NCBI RefSeq assembly: GCF_006345805.1 | Contig: NC_043001.1 | Coordinates: forward strand, 122,512,001 to 122,576,000 | Direction: 5' to 3' | DNA length: 64,000 bases | Source of the DNA: Octopus sinensis | Lineage: Eukaryota | Part shown: one piece after another, positions 38,973 through 53,083 of the stretch | Numbering within the stretch: position 1 is the stretch's first letter | Layout of the letters: every line of letters starts with the position of its first letter | Notes under the pieces: generated by a model | What the model saw: only the letters and a program-made list of their open reading frames with translations | Told to the model about the DNA's origin: nothing | Database searches by the model: none | Made by a program: the position numbers and the translations under genes

Positions 38973-39084
38973 TATGACAGATTTTGCTGTTATTTCTAGC
39001 AAATCTAGTGTCCTTGTAGATGACTCCTTTTTGGATCAACAGAAGCTCGCTTAAATTTAGGAATTTACATAATCATCATCATCA
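38973..39084. repeat. 112-bp segment duplicated at 40888-40999 (1 mismatch)
   Basis: tatgacagattttgctg..ggaatttacataatcatcatcatca present twice, differing only at gg(a/c)tc. Confidence 0.92.
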
Positions 39085-39490
39085 TTGTTTAACGTCTGCT
39101 TTCCATGCTGGCATGGGTTGGACAATTTGACTGAGGACTGGCAAACCAGATGGCTGCACCAGGCTCCAATCTGATCTGGCAGAGTTTCTAAAACTGGATG
39201 CCTTTCCTAACACCAACCACCCCAGGAGTGTAGTGAGTGCTTTTATGTGCCACCAGCACGAGGGTCAGTCAGGCGGTACTGGCGACAGCCATGCTCAAAT
39301 GGTGTTTTTTATGTGCCACCTGCACAGGAGCCAGTCCAGTGGCACTGGCAACAACCTTGCTCAAATGTTTTTTCATGTGCCACCAGCATAAGTGCTAGTA
39401 AGGCGATGCTGGTAACGATCATGCTTGAACGGTGCTTTTTAAGTGCCACCGGCATGGAAGCCAGTCAGCTGCTCTGGCAACGATCATGTC
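39073..39490 (-). mobile_element. Module A copy in TLCD5 intron; further copies at about 40150-40425(-), 42818-43030(-), 44440-44640(+), 45655-45982(+), 46140-46380(+), 24700-24912(-), 35097-35198(+)
   Basis: Same core and (GAT)n/(CAT)n tail in each. Confidence 0.85.
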
Positions 39491-42434
39491 GCAAATTCTT
39501 AATCTGTGTAGTGACCATAGCAACAATAATTAACTGTCAAAATAATCAAATCCATCTATCATCTAGCTGTAAATAGATACCACAGTTTAGACACAGCTTA
39601 TTGCAGTGGACTGTAGCAGCAATATAAAATTAGTATCTATTTTTCCTAACTTGCAGAAGTAAAGTTCAGCTTCATCAGGAAGGACTTGCCAGACAGATTA
39701 GTCTTAAGCAGACAGCAGAGAGTTTAAAGCAGTGCATATACGACCTAATTAACCATTGTCTCTTCACTTAGCTGTTGGGAAAAGATAGCAGATATTCTGA
39801 GTATGTCACTCAGTCCACCAGGGAAAAATTCTATTTCTTATCTCCTTAACACCATGGAATGAGAGTTAAGCACTGACTCTTAAGGCTTTTCAAGTTTACA
39901 TTTATAAACTATGACCCTGCTGAACAACTCGAGATAAAATCCTTAATTTTAAAGCAATACAGAACCGTTGTACAATAGAATCATACACACTACTTAAGGA
40001 CACAGTATCTAAATAACATTTAAAACTTAAGAGGTTTTTTTAAGGATGGACATGTAGCTCTGATTTCTTGGTATGACATAAATGTGAGTAAAATCTATTC
40101 CTGGATAGGACTGCATATCATCAGGTGATTTGGTACCTATTCCTTGATACCATCATCATCATCATCGTTTAACGTCCGCTTTCCATGCTAGCATGGGTTG
40201 GACGATTTTGACTGAGGGCTGGCGAACCAGATGGCTGCACCAGGCTCCAATCTTGATCTGGCAGAGTTTCTACAGCTTGATGCCCTTCCTAACACCAACC
40301 ACTCCAAGAGTGTAGTGGGTGCTTTTACGTGCCACCGGCACGGGGGCCAGTCAGGCGGTACTGGCAATGACCTCGCTCGAATCTTTTTAGACATGCCACT
40401 GCCACAGGTGCCAGTAAGGCGACGTTATATATATATTTAAAGACATATAACTACACATGCACACATGCATTCTCACATGCACACATGTATGTACATATTT
40501 ATAAACTACAAATGATCATGGTATCTGAGACAATAAAAATTGGCCAAACTTTGTGAAGATTAAGAGGATGATGAACAAAGCAAGATGCTTTTTTTCCACA
40601 ACCTTGCTACCAAGAAGGTGGGCAGTCAAAATTTACTCTAAATTAAAAAAAGAACGCACACACATACATACGTACATACATACATATATACATACATATA
40701 AACATACAAGCACAGCATGTAATCAAAAGATATATAAATTTGAATTCATATCAAGATCATCTGCTAACTAGTCTGCAGCCACGAAGAAAACTAGGAGTAC
40801 ACAAAGGACTTGTGAAAGCAGGATAAATCCTATGTAGACCAGTAACTGGTTCATTATAGATCTGTAGCTAATGAAGTTATTCACAGTTATGACAGATTTT
40901 GCTGTTATTTCTAGCAAATCTAGTGTCCTTGTAGATGACTCCTTTTTGGCTCAACAGAAGCTCGCTTAAATTTAGGAATTTACATAATCATCATCATCAA
41001 TAAGTACTGGACAGGACAAGATAAAAGGAAAAAGGCAGAGAGGTGGAAACGAGAAATAACTGAAGGATTTGTGTCTATGTACACTGCTAAACATAAATGT
41101 GTATGTACATATATGTTTAAGTAGGGGATAAGATAAAAAGAGATAAAAATTAAGAAACTGGATGAATGCACAAAACACAACCACATTCATATGTAAGTAT
41201 TTATTAAATATTTATATATGCATATTTATATTTATATATGCATATTTATTAAATATTTATATATGCATATATTTATATACATGCATGCATATATATAAAT
41301 ACATGTGTGCATTGATGTATCTGCATATGTGTATGTGTAATATGCATATGTTATTGAAGGACTGGAGAACAATGAAGTGTAATGAGGGAAGGGCTAGAGA
41401 AAAGGGACATGAAAGAGAAAGGGGGAAGGTTTAAAGGTCAACTAATAAAAAAAGAAATATGCAGTAGTGGTGGGGGGAATATCTTGAAGTACAGGGAACA
41501 TAGTATAAGTATACAATGATAAGAGAACTAAGCAGAAACTTGCATACATTCTCCTAGGTGCACATAATCATGGTATTTCTTTAGTTTTATAGTGTTGAAT
41601 TTAAATATTCCTTCCAGCCTGGAGTGGGCTAGAGGAAACCATTTCAGTGTAGAGTCTATAAAAAAATCATGCACTGGCTGTGTGGTAAGAAGCTTGCTCA
41701 CAAACCACATGGTTCCAGGTTCAGTCTCAATGCATGGCAACTTGGACAAGTGTCTTCTACTATAGCCTTGGGCTGACCAAAGCCTAGTGAGTGGATTTGG
41801 TAGGAGGAAATTGAAAGAAGCCTGTCATATATATTTATCAAAATTTAGGGTCGCCACCAGCCCCTGCCGGAGCCCCGTGGGCCTCTTGGTGTTTCGCTCA
41901 ATAAACACACACAACGCCCGGTCTGGGAATCGAAACCGCGATCCTCCAACCGCGAGTCCGCTGCCCTAACCACTGGGCCATTGCGCCTCCATACATGGCT
42001 TCTCTAACGGGGGCGGGTGGGGGTGAGTGGAAAAAAAATTAAAAAAATAAAACAAGAGAAAGACGGTGAGGGGAGGGTGAATACTCAAAAAACAAGTTGA
42101 ATATTAAGGAGAGAATAGGGATAGAGAGACAGAAAAGGTAGGTGGTTGGTTGGTAGGTAACTGTGCTAAAGTGTGGAAAGGGTGTGACAGATGATAAGAG
42201 ATGGAGAGAGAGGTGGATGCAGTGAATATCAGTTTGGAGAAGGGGAAGTGAAGGAAGTAGGAATGGATCAGGAGAGAGAAGATAAGGGACAGTAATAGGA
42301 ATATAATGTGAAGTGTAGGGGACTAAACAGTATCATTTACAACAGGGGAGTGAGTAGTGTTATAGTTAGGGGATGGAAGGGATTTAGAAGAAGAGTTGTG
42401 GGAGAAGGCTTAACAATAATAATAATTCACTTAC

Positions 42435-42530
42435 CATCTGTTTGAAAATATAAACACCAGAAAAAGTCAAAGATGAAATATCCAACTGAAATAATTGCAA
42501 TGGACTCTTGAAAAGGTGTGTTCGGTCCAC
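42435..42530 (-). CDS. TLCD5: TLC-domain protein 5 (TMEM136-like), coding exon 2
   Basis: 96 nt, phase 1-1, ttgatttcAG ... G/gtaagt; (G)GPNTPFQESIAIISVGYFIFDFFWCLYFQTD(G), homologous to human SPNTPLQ..GYFIFDLGWCVYFQSEG. Confidence 0.95.
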
Positions 42531-43569
42531 CTGAAATCAACAATTATTTGGTAAGATTTAGACTTTAATTAAATAATAAATAAATTAATTAATTAAGCAA
42601 CAACACCAACACCAGCCACTGCCACCACCACCATTTTAAGGTTATTTTTCCAAATAAAATGGAGTCAGCTGTGTGATCCCCAGAACAATGATCGCTATTT
42701 TAAACCATAGTCAACATGGAATCCTCACAAAAGAGCTTTTAATAGCCACATGCCATTCTTGTTACCGTTTACTGAATGATGTTAATTAACTCTTTTAAAA
42801 ATATGAAAAAAATTAATAACCATCATCATCATTTAACATCTGCTTTCCATGCTAGCATGGGTAGGACGATTTGACTGAGGACTGGCGAACTAGATGGCTG
42901 CACCAGGTTCCAGTCTGATCTGGCAGAGTTTCTACAGCTGGATGCCCTTCCTAACACCAACCACTCTGAGAATGTAGTGGGTGCTTTTACATGCCACCGG
43001 CACAAGAGACAGTTTGGCAGTACTGGCAACCAATTTGTATGATTATAATTTTTCATGCTCTTAACTTGGATTTTAGAACTGAAATTATTTTGAACATTAA
43101 CAAGTGCAGATTGGTTCTCAAAAACACAGTTTTAGGTTTAGTCCCAACACATGGAACATTGGAAAAGTATCTTCTACAATGAGACAGAAATTGAAAGAAA
43201 CCTGCTGTATTTAATATATGTGTGTATGTGTGTGTGCATACCTCTATGCTAGTTTCTTATTTTTCAATTCTATACCCAGTTCAGTCGAGAGGTATAGAAT
43301 TGAGGCTGCTTGGTAACCTCACCAACGCTGGTGCCACATAAAAGGCACCCAGGACACTCTATGAAGTGATTTGTGTTACAAAGGACATCTAACTACACAA
43401 ACGATGCTAAAGCAGATATTAGAACTTAGGGTAGCCCTCCAGTTCATCTGTTCATGTCAAACCATACGACCCATGCCAACATGAAAGAAAGGACATTAAG
43501 TGCATCCATCTCTTAATGGAGTTGATGACAACCATGATAATGATGATGATGATGATATTTAGGTTTTCA

Positions 43570-43955
43570 GGAGTGGCTGTGTGGTAAGTAGCTTGCTTAC
43601 CAGTCACATGGTTCTGTATTCATTCCCACTGCGTGGTACCTTGGGCAAGTGTCTTCTACTATAGCCTCAGGACGACCAAAGTCTTGTGAGTTGATTTGGT
43701 AGACGGAAACTGAAAGAAGCCCGTCGTATATGTATGTATGTGTATATGTTTGTGTGTGTGTCCCCTCCCAACATCGCTTGACAACCGATGGTGGTGTGTT
43801 TACGTCCCCGTAACTTAGCGGTTCGGCAAAAGAGACCGATGGAATAAGTACTAGGCTTCCAAAGAATAAGCCCTGGGGTCGATTTGTTCGACTAAAGGTG
43901 GTGCTCCAGCATGGACACAGTCAAATGACTGAAACAATTAGAAAGAGTAAAAGAA
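43570..43955 (+). mobile_element. Full-length family B SINE
   Basis: caggagtggctgtgtggtaagtagc head through ..gactgaaacaa..agtaaaag tail; opposite-strand copy at about 47390-47765. Confidence 0.85.
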
Positions 43956-46457
43956 TAAGAGAGTAATTAAAAGATTTAATTACTTTGGAATTCTCATGAC
44001 TCTGCCATCCTACATGAGAACTCACAGCACTTTTCGTATATCCATTGTTTCTCAACACTTTATTTTCCACATATTTTCGTCCTCAGCTAACACAGCATGT
44101 CATTTATGGAGGCTACTTTGCCAATAAACAAACTTTTTGCTACCACTCAAGACTATTTCATATTTTTAGTAGGGGAAAAACTACATTATTTACTGCATAC
44201 TTCCTTTTTGAAGTTATAAAGTATGATAAGAGAGAAACTTAGTTGTATAGCCCCAGATCAGCCCTAACTGAGCAAACCAACAATGACAGTTATTTATTTA
44301 TTTGTTACAAGCGAAATTACATTCAGGACTACATTATCTGAGATTCTTTTTTAAGACAGCAGGGAGTATATAACGGGAGAGAGATTTTGCTGCTATTTCT
44401 AGCAGGATGAGTTACCATCTAGGGACTTCTTTGTGCCATGTAAAAAGTATCCATGCTGGTGCCACATAAAATGCTCCCATGCTGGTGTCACATAAAAATG
44501 TAAATTGGTTGGCATTAAGAAGGGCATCCAGCTGTAAAAACCAAACTAAAACAGAGAAATGGAGCCTGGTGTGGCTCTCTGGCTTACCAGCTCCTGTTGA
44601 ACTATCCAACCCATGCCAGCATGGCAAGCAGATGTTAAGTGGAATGTCTTCCAGCCTCTAGTTACTGTTAGTACCCCAGTTCCATACTCAGTACCAATTA
44701 CATCAACTAAATAACAGAACATGTTCAGGCTGTCACGCTTCACCTCTCTATACAATTACCACTGCGGCTTGGTGTGTATAGTGTAGTTCTCAGCTAGACA
44801 AAAACTACATGTTTGTGGGCAGACTTAATCATTTAGTTGACTCTCTGTATGCTGTAGGTCAACTCAGTCAAGGCCGACATAGACATACTCATGAAGGACT
44901 AGCAATTTTTAGTAAGCTTTTTTCTTGATTTCTTTATAGTTTAGACATCATAAGGATCAGTTTGAGACAGAAAAGAGCCACAGACTCACTAAAGACAATA
45001 CCATTACATATTACACTAACAAGCTTTAGCCATTTCATCTTCTCAAATTAATTACTATAAATTGTTTCTGTTGTTTTACACTCTACTACTTTAACTTCAC
45101 AAGATAATTTTTATCAATCATTTAACACTAGCAGAATAGGCTCAGAATAGGCTATTCTACTAATGCTCAACAATTTACTTTAAAATCTTAGCACTTAATT
45201 CATTTTTCTTTACTTCCCACTTCATTGCTAAATCTAATTGTCACAACTACATTCACTACCGTCATTTTACATGTTGGCATGGGTCAGATTAGATTTCACA
45301 GTCCAGGTCAGTTCTTAAGCAGAGCTACTGCCTTCACAATGGGTTGGATACCACATCTCATTTGTATATTGTTTCTACAACAGGACACCTTTCTTACAAA
45401 CTTTGCTAGTTGCATTATATTGACATACCAGCACTAGAGAGGCTGACATGCCCCTAGTAAGAATGAAAAATCCTTTGTACATGATGTTGTCTTCATTTAT
45501 TCATTCATTCAACAGTAACAAAGGGATTGTCTCATTCCCAGCAGACAGAGGAGAGAGTGATGAAAGAGAATCAAAGGGAAAGAGTGATAAAAGAGTTTAT
45601 GGAAGAGAACCAAGGTGACATGAGCGATAATACATTTGTATTCTGCATCCATTTGTATTCTGATACCAGTGCCGGTGGCACGTAAAAGAACCATCCAAAT
45701 GTGGCCGTTGCCAGCGCCGCCTTGACTGGCATCCGTGCCGGTGGCATGTAAAAAGCACCAACTGATCATTGCCAGTCTCACTGGGCACCTGTGCCAGTGG
45801 CATGTAAAAAGCACCCACTACACTCACAGAGTGGTTGGCGTTAGGAAGGGCATCCAGCTGTAGAAACACTGCCAGATCAGACTGGAGCCCGGTGCAGCCT
45901 CCTGGCTTCCCAGACCCTGGTCGAACCGTCCAACCCATGCTAGCAGGGAAAGTGGACGTTAAACGATGATGATGATGATGATTCTGCTTTTGCTTTTCAA
46001 TTACTTATGAACAGGACACTCAAATCTTTATGTCAATAAATGGTATATCTTTAGCAACAGATGATGTAAGATACAATTACATGGAAGACCCAGCTTATTG
46101 AGAAGAAGATGCATCAAGCCAGGTGAAATCATAGTCATGGCAGGTACTGGTGTCATGCAACTGGCACCTGTGCCGGTGGTGCGTAAAAAAGCCCATTACA
46201 CTCTCACAGTGGTTGGCATTAGGAAGGGCATCCAACCTTAGAAACTATACCAAATCAGACTGGAGTTTGGTGCAGCCCCTCAGCTTATCAGCCCTGGTTA
46301 AACTCTCCAACCCATGCCAGTATGGACAACAGACGTTAAATGATGATGATAATGATGACAATGATGATGATGATGATGTTGATGATAATGTAAACAATAT
46401 TACAATATTATACAATACGACATTATAAACAGTATTATGACATTATGAAGTATTTAC

Positions 46458-46644
46458 CTGCATCTGTAAAAGGCCATGGACCTTGAATAAAAGTGCAGTA
46501 GTATGAGAGAGAGGTTATCAGCAGTGCGTGCAGCAGACTTACAGAACGGCATGACCATTCATATGACTTGCTTCTCCAAAAGTAACACACGAAACAATAG
46601 AGACTTGTCCACAGAGATGATGTCAGTACAACTTGAGTTAACAT
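46458..46644 (-). CDS. TLCD5: TLC-domain protein 5 (TMEM136-like), coding exon 1
   Basis: Acceptor ttcttacttttccAG (exon starts 46665), ATG at 46644; MLTQVVLTSSLWTSLY..KSYEWSCRSVSLLHA..FIQGPWPFTDA(G)/gtaaat. Matches human RSYEWSCRLV..GPWPFT. The frame is open back through the acceptor, so an upstream extension is possible. Confidence 0.92.
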
Positions 46645-46879
46645 ACCATTCGCTTGAAATGTTTCCTGGAAAAGTAAGAATATAATATTATTAGAAAACA
46701 AATTTTTATCTTCTTCTCTACCTTGAAATACATTCAGTTTGTCAAATATCATCATCTCAAATAGAAGCTCAGCCCTTTCATGACAATATTTCTAATTAAA
46801 TTCATTGTGTCAATTATGAAAGGATTAGTAAAATAATAAACTTACTCATTAAGGATTAGTAAAATACATTTCTGCTATA

Positions 46880-47339
46880 GGCACAAAGCCTGAAATTTTG
46901 GGGGAGGGGGGCAGTTGATTAGATTGACCTCAGTACACATCTGGTACTTAATTTATTGACCTCCAAAAGAAGAAAAGCAAAGTCGACCATAGCAGAATTT
47001 GAACTCAGAACGTAAAGACAGACAAAAAACCTATTTCTTTACTACCCACAAGGGGCTAAACACAGAGAGGACAAACAAGGACAGATAAACGGATTAAGTC
47101 GATTATATCGACCTCAGTAAAGGATGAAAGGCAAAGTCGACCTCGGCGGAATTTGAACTCTACTGATCTGTTCAGATAAAAAGAACATTGTTCATAGAGT
47201 AGTTGAGGAAGGGTATTTTCTCATCAAAATGTTAGAAGGAATGAATGAGACTTGTGGAAGCTAGAAGCTGAGATGAATATAAAGTTGAAATATGGAAAAA
47301 GGGAAATTTACAGAAGCACAGCTCTAGAAGAGCTCATAT

Positions 47340-47395
<56 letters not shown>

Positions 47396-48490
47396 GCTTC
47401 ACTCATTTAACTGCGGCGATGCTGGAGCACTGCATTTAGTTGAACAAATCCACCCCAAGATTTATTCTTTGTCAGCCTAGTACTTATTCAATCAGTCTCT
47501 TTTGCCAAACCACTAAGTTACGGGGACGTAAACACACCACCATCGGTTGTCAAGTGAAGGTAGGGGGAGGGGAACAAACATAGACACACAAACATATTCA
47601 TATATACGACGAGCTTCTTTCAGTTTCCGTCTACTGAATCCACTCACAAGGCTTTGGTCGGCCCAAGTCTATAGAAAACACTTGCCCAAGGTGCCATGCA
47701 GTGGGACTGAACCTGGAACCATATGGTTGGGAAGAAAGCTTCTTACCACACAACCATGCCTGTGCCTACATTTAGCATAATTTATACAGTCGGATATCAT
47801 TTCAAACTTTACAGAATGAACTGGTTGCATTTCATCATGTACTACATGGGTTATTGTGTCTCCAAAAAGACAAAACTAGGGGGCCCTCTTCACGCTACAC
47901 TTATTTCTTTATTGCCCACAGTGGGGCTACACATAGAGGGAACAAACAAGTACAGGCAAAGGGATTAAGTTGACTACATCGACCCCAATGTGTAACTGGT
48001 ACTTATTTAATTGACCCTGAAAAGATGAAAGGCAAAGTCGACCTCAGCGGAATTTGAACTCAGAACGTAACAGCAGATGAAATACTGCTTAGTATTTTGC
48101 TTGGCGTGCTAACGATTCTGCCAGCTCGCTGCCCACTTGAAACTACTGTCTTCCTGAGTCGTCTATCTGTCATCTGTCTTAACTATCTTCCGGGGTCATC
48201 TATCTGCCATCAGTCTTAACTATCTTCCTAGGTTGTCTATCTACCATCTGTCTTAACCGTTTATGACAAGAATTTGTGACAAGACCGGAGACACCTTGCA
48301 TATTTGCTTCAACATTCTTATTTCTTTATTGTCCACAAGGGGCTAAACATAGAGGGGACAAACAAGGACAGACAAAGGGATTAAGTCGATTACATCGACC
48401 CCAGTGCGTAACTGGTACTTAATTTATCGACCCCGAAAGGCTGAAAGGCAAAAGCTGACCTCGGCGGAATTTGAACTCAGAACGTAACAG
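46880..48490 (-). mobile_element. Cluster of family C and B SINE copies (about 46880-47160, 47390-47765, 47900-48135, 48320-48490)
   Basis: Repeated gaaaggcaaagtcgacctcggcggaatttgaactc (reverse B-box) and cccacaaggggctaaac. Confidence 0.8.
48149..48259. repeat. 37-bp minisatellite, 3 copies
   Basis: tcttcc(N4)t(c/t)(g/a)tctatct(g/a)(t/c)catc(t/a)gtcttaac repeated three times. Confidence 0.88.
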
Positions 48491-50705
48491 TCTGCACAGT
48501 GTGTTGGATCCATAAGCAGATTTTCTATAAGGTATAAGAATATTCTAGAAAATTGACTCATGCAATATCTTGACCCTGATTGGTTGTTTAATATACCAAT
48601 CACATGAAATTATTGTCGTTTAGCTGTGGTCAGACTGGTTGCCCAATGGCTTGGTTTCAAATCACTGCAGACCATGCATTAACCACTATTCCTAGTCTTT
48701 CCTCCTCAGAACATCGTCTCTCTAGAATCTCCTCCCAGTTCATATCTTTTTCTCGGGTGTCAAGTTACAATAGTCTGAATGAAACACAAACGGCATTAAT
48801 CTCACCCATATCAGCGAGCCTGATATGGTAATGGGCACTGCCCCTTCATCAACATCTAGCAAGTTAAATAAAGTGTGTGTGCGTGCGCATTTTTAAGTGT
48901 TTGTTTTCATTTAAAATCCAGCGTCGTGTGAAAAAACGTAACTTAGTCATTTGATAAAATAAGTAGCGAAGTGAAATATGTAATACAATCAATGTGATTG
49001 ACTAAAATCATGAAGGTGGTAGCCCCTGCATGACCCCAGTTCAGTGAATAAAACCAGTTATTGAGTAAATAAAAAATAATTCCATACACACGCACGCATG
49101 CACGTGAGTGTACGACCCAAATATTACATAAGTAAACTTAGTTTTATGAATACACTACCCAGCTAAAAGTGGTAGTACGGGTGGTAGCTATTTTTGGATG
49201 GTTGTCTATTGCTGGGACGCACAAATACAGAAACATTGGGAGCGGCTATAAATTTCGGACTGTTAAATTTAATTTTCTACATGATGATACGCATCAAACC
49301 AACGCTATATCAGGGATGCAAACGTCTCAATTAAAATTAATTAACAAGAAACAGTACCTGAACTAGTCACAAATCACCGAGTCTTCTATTTCCTGATTGC
49401 AGCTAGTTTCAAATTATAAAAATACACGTATTTATAAAAGCGCCTAAACAACCCACCCTCGCTGCTTCATAATTGAATATTAAGGGGAACAACTCTAAAG
49501 GGACCTCTGAAAATTTCCATTACGACTCGCCCATAACAAACACACTTGTATATAAAACGATATATCTATATATTATATTCATTTCATTAAAGCCTGCAAC
49601 ACTGACTTAGTTATTATTTCTATTTCTACCAGTATTTGTGGTTTCTGCTTTACCCATCCACATAACGCTGTACCTAAGTTGAGCAAACGAGACATCTTGA
49701 CGCAGTCACTAAGTCTGGTAAAAATAGCAGCCACACCCTACCTTTAGGCTGTGCAATCGTACATACACTATGTCTGTATGGACACGGATGAAATGAATTT
49801 TGATCTGAAGTTTATTCGACCAGAACTGACTTAGGCTATGCATTAACAATGTAGTGCACAGAGAAATTCCTGGCCACATGAATATGTTGGATGACAAGAA
49901 ATTGTGTGGTTAAGAGGTTTGTTTTATAACTATATGATTCCGTGTTCAATCTCATTGCACTGTACCTTGATGTTGGATAACCAATATCTTGTGACTACAA
50001 TGATGTAGACAAAAAGGTGTGCAGTGCAGAGGTCCATCGGATATATAATCTCCAACTCTGAGATGCATAAACGGAACCTTCACTAACATAATACACATCT
50101 AACTTCGTGTACAAACGATGCACAGACCAAAATTAAAGTTCCGCTTAATTCATTCCGTGATCAGTTAATAAAAAGCTGAATGTTCACAAAGGGTCGTGAT
50201 CATTTACAGACATACTGACCTCTGGGTAGTGTATATAACATTATTAGTAGACTGTCATTAACGATCTGTATGTTTAGCATTTTCAATAAAGAAGAAAAGA
50301 TTATCGATTGATTTGAAATAAGACGCGAGTGAGAAATAACAAAGAACTGTATAGCTGCTACTATACACTCGCTACATTACATAGAGAGACGGACGGACAT
50401 GCGGCTCTTGCTATTATTACACTAGTATTCGGTGTTGAAGAAGCGTGGGTTTTTGTTAATTTAGCCATCTCATTCGTATGAATATAGAAGAAGCAATCAT
50501 CGTCGAATGGGAAAACGAAATTAATGACAGCGAGCTTGTATGTAAACAAAGTTGTTAAAATTGAATGATCACAAGTTTGCGACCGATAAGATTCAAGTCT
50601 CTCTTTTAATTTGCTAAACTGCAGATAGTAACATTTCGCTTTCTTTAATTATTTCTAATTAAAGAATTTTTTTTTTTTTTAGTAGCCGGTATGACAAACA
50701 AGCTA

Positions 50706-50746
<41 letters not shown>

Positions 50747-51584
50747 CTCTCCATGGCGTGTGTGTGTGTGTGTGTGTGTGTGAATAGGCTAGTCCCGAAA
50801 TAATTCTGCAACAAAAATGAACAATGCAAAACCACTGAAGTTTCTTCTAACACAACAAACTATGCAGTCGTAACAACGATGAAGACAAAAAATTCTTTCG
50901 CCGGTCGTCAAACAAAATGATACTAGCATGTTTTACAAAATGAAAGTGGAGCGCTATACTCAACGATCGTCCGTACGCCCGAAAAGGGCGTGATGATCAC
51001 GGTTAGAACGCCTTTCTTCATGGGCCAGTTAACTTTGCATTAAATAATAACACTCAAAAATATTATTACACCAGAGAGCAAATATTGAAAGAGAAATTTT
51101 AGTTACCGATAGTGTACTTATAAAAATATGGATCAGTTCCGGGCCGAACAGGATCGCTGCGTTAGCATGACTTAACAGGGTGGACTTCCTTGTTGATAGA
51201 GACAGCAGCGAAGATCGTTAAAGGGTGGAGTCTATCGCTGGGTACACACCAAATGGGTGTGGGACGACTTCCTTAGAGATTCTGTCTGCAGTGAAGGCCG
51301 TTCGTGTCGTTTATTCGTTGAAATATAGCTAATATGTGTTTGTAAACACTGCGGTAGTAGTTATAGGTTAGAAATAAGGAAAGAAGAGCACACAGACATT
51401 ACGTCATCGATTTAGGTTATGGGTTCGTCCCATATATTTTTTTTTTTTTTGTGTGTAATTCTTAGTTTTATAAAATTAAAGAAGCTTTAAAAAAATCGAA
51501 AAATATACCATAAATTCCTTGCTGTTTTTTATATTTGCCTGCAGTCGGTAGCGGTGTTGTTATTTAGCTCCAGATCAATCAGAA

Positions 51585-51830
51585 AATGCAGATTCAAAAC
51601 GAACATAGTCGACCCCTCATGCTTTATAATTTAAAATGGCAAAGCAGCGGCGGAAACCCGCAAAAAAATGTGCGTTGTGTTCGGAAACGATACTGTTACG
51701 AAACACGTGTGCTAGAAGTGGTTTACAAGATGTCGATTGGGAAATTTTTCGGTTCAAAGTGCACCTTGCTCTGGCCATCCAACTGATGTCAACAGCGATA
51801 CCAAGTCCCTTTATACAACCTGGATTATCA
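51585..51830 (+). mobile_element. Mariner transposase N-terminal (HTH) relic
   Basis: Across frameshifts: MQIQNEH..LMLYN..KAAAET..CVVFGNDTVTKHVC*KWFTRCRLGNFSVQSAPCSGHPTDVN. Confidence 0.8.
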
Positions 51831-52019
51831 TAGATATTCCGCAAATATCCCGTGAGTTCCAGCCTGGAACCGATGTTTCACTCTCGGCGCATTCACACGA
51901 AATATTTCATAACACACACTTGTATGACTCAAAGTAGCACGTAACAATAAACAACAATACAAAATTGGTGAACACAAAGTAACGGTTACACAAAATATTA
52001 TCATATGTTCGCAGACTAT

Positions 52020-52222
52020 TATATATTCCTTCACTACCCACAAGGAGCTAAACACAAACAAGGACAAACAAACGGATTATATCGACCTCAGTGCGTAACT
52101 GGTACTTAATTAATGAAAGGCAAAGTCGACCTCGATAGAATTTGAACTCAGAACGTAGCGGCAGACGAAATACGGCTACGCATTTCACCCGGCGTGCTAA
52201 CGTTTCTGCCAGCTCGCCGCCC
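52020..52222 (-). mobile_element. Family C SINE
   Basis: Reverse complement of the ggcggcgagctggcagaa..gagttcaaattc head. Confidence 0.82.
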
Positions 52223-52369
52223 TATTTCGCACACTATTATAATTAACATGTGGTTTATTTTAATGAGACATAAGTTTGTTGCCATTAAAATGTTATTGAG
52301 TATTTTGTTATTTTCATAATAAAATAAAAGTAATGATACCTGTGTAAAAAAAAAAAAAAGAAAAAATCG

Positions 52370-52875
52370 GTTAATGTTTACATCTTGACCCGGAAATGAA
52401 AATCCCCCCCAAAATACTGGAATGGGTGTAAACCAATGTGTAGGAAACGAGTATGAAAAAAAAAAAAAAAAAAAAAAACAATGCGCGCAAAGCAACGGGA
52501 GGATGGGGAGAGGACTTCGGAAAATTCACAAGATCCGAGCTTTTCCCTCATAACTTTTAGGAAAATGAGGTTTTTTTTCAATGAAATTTTATAGAAATAT
52601 TTTTCAAACGGCATATATTACGATTATAAAGAAATTTATGGGGAAAAGTTTTCCAAGGGGGTGTGGAGAGGACTTTCGGAAAATTCCCAAGATCTGAATT
52701 TTTCCTCGTTATATTCCGAAATCACATTCAACTTTCTACAGATATCTTAGCGTGGTACTACTACACTACGTAGTGTTTTTTTTTTTTACCCACATTCAAT
52801 AATTTTTAATGTTTTGGCTCAGTTTTATTTCATTTTCAATTATTTTTACGCTTTTTTTTAACCCTTCATCGTTAT

Positions 52876-52951
<76 letters not shown>

Positions 52952-52958
52952 CATTTAT

Positions 52959-52993
<35 letters not shown>

Positions 52994-53029
52994 ATATATA
53001 TATATATACATATATTGTATACATATATG

Positions 53030-53083
<54 letters not shown>

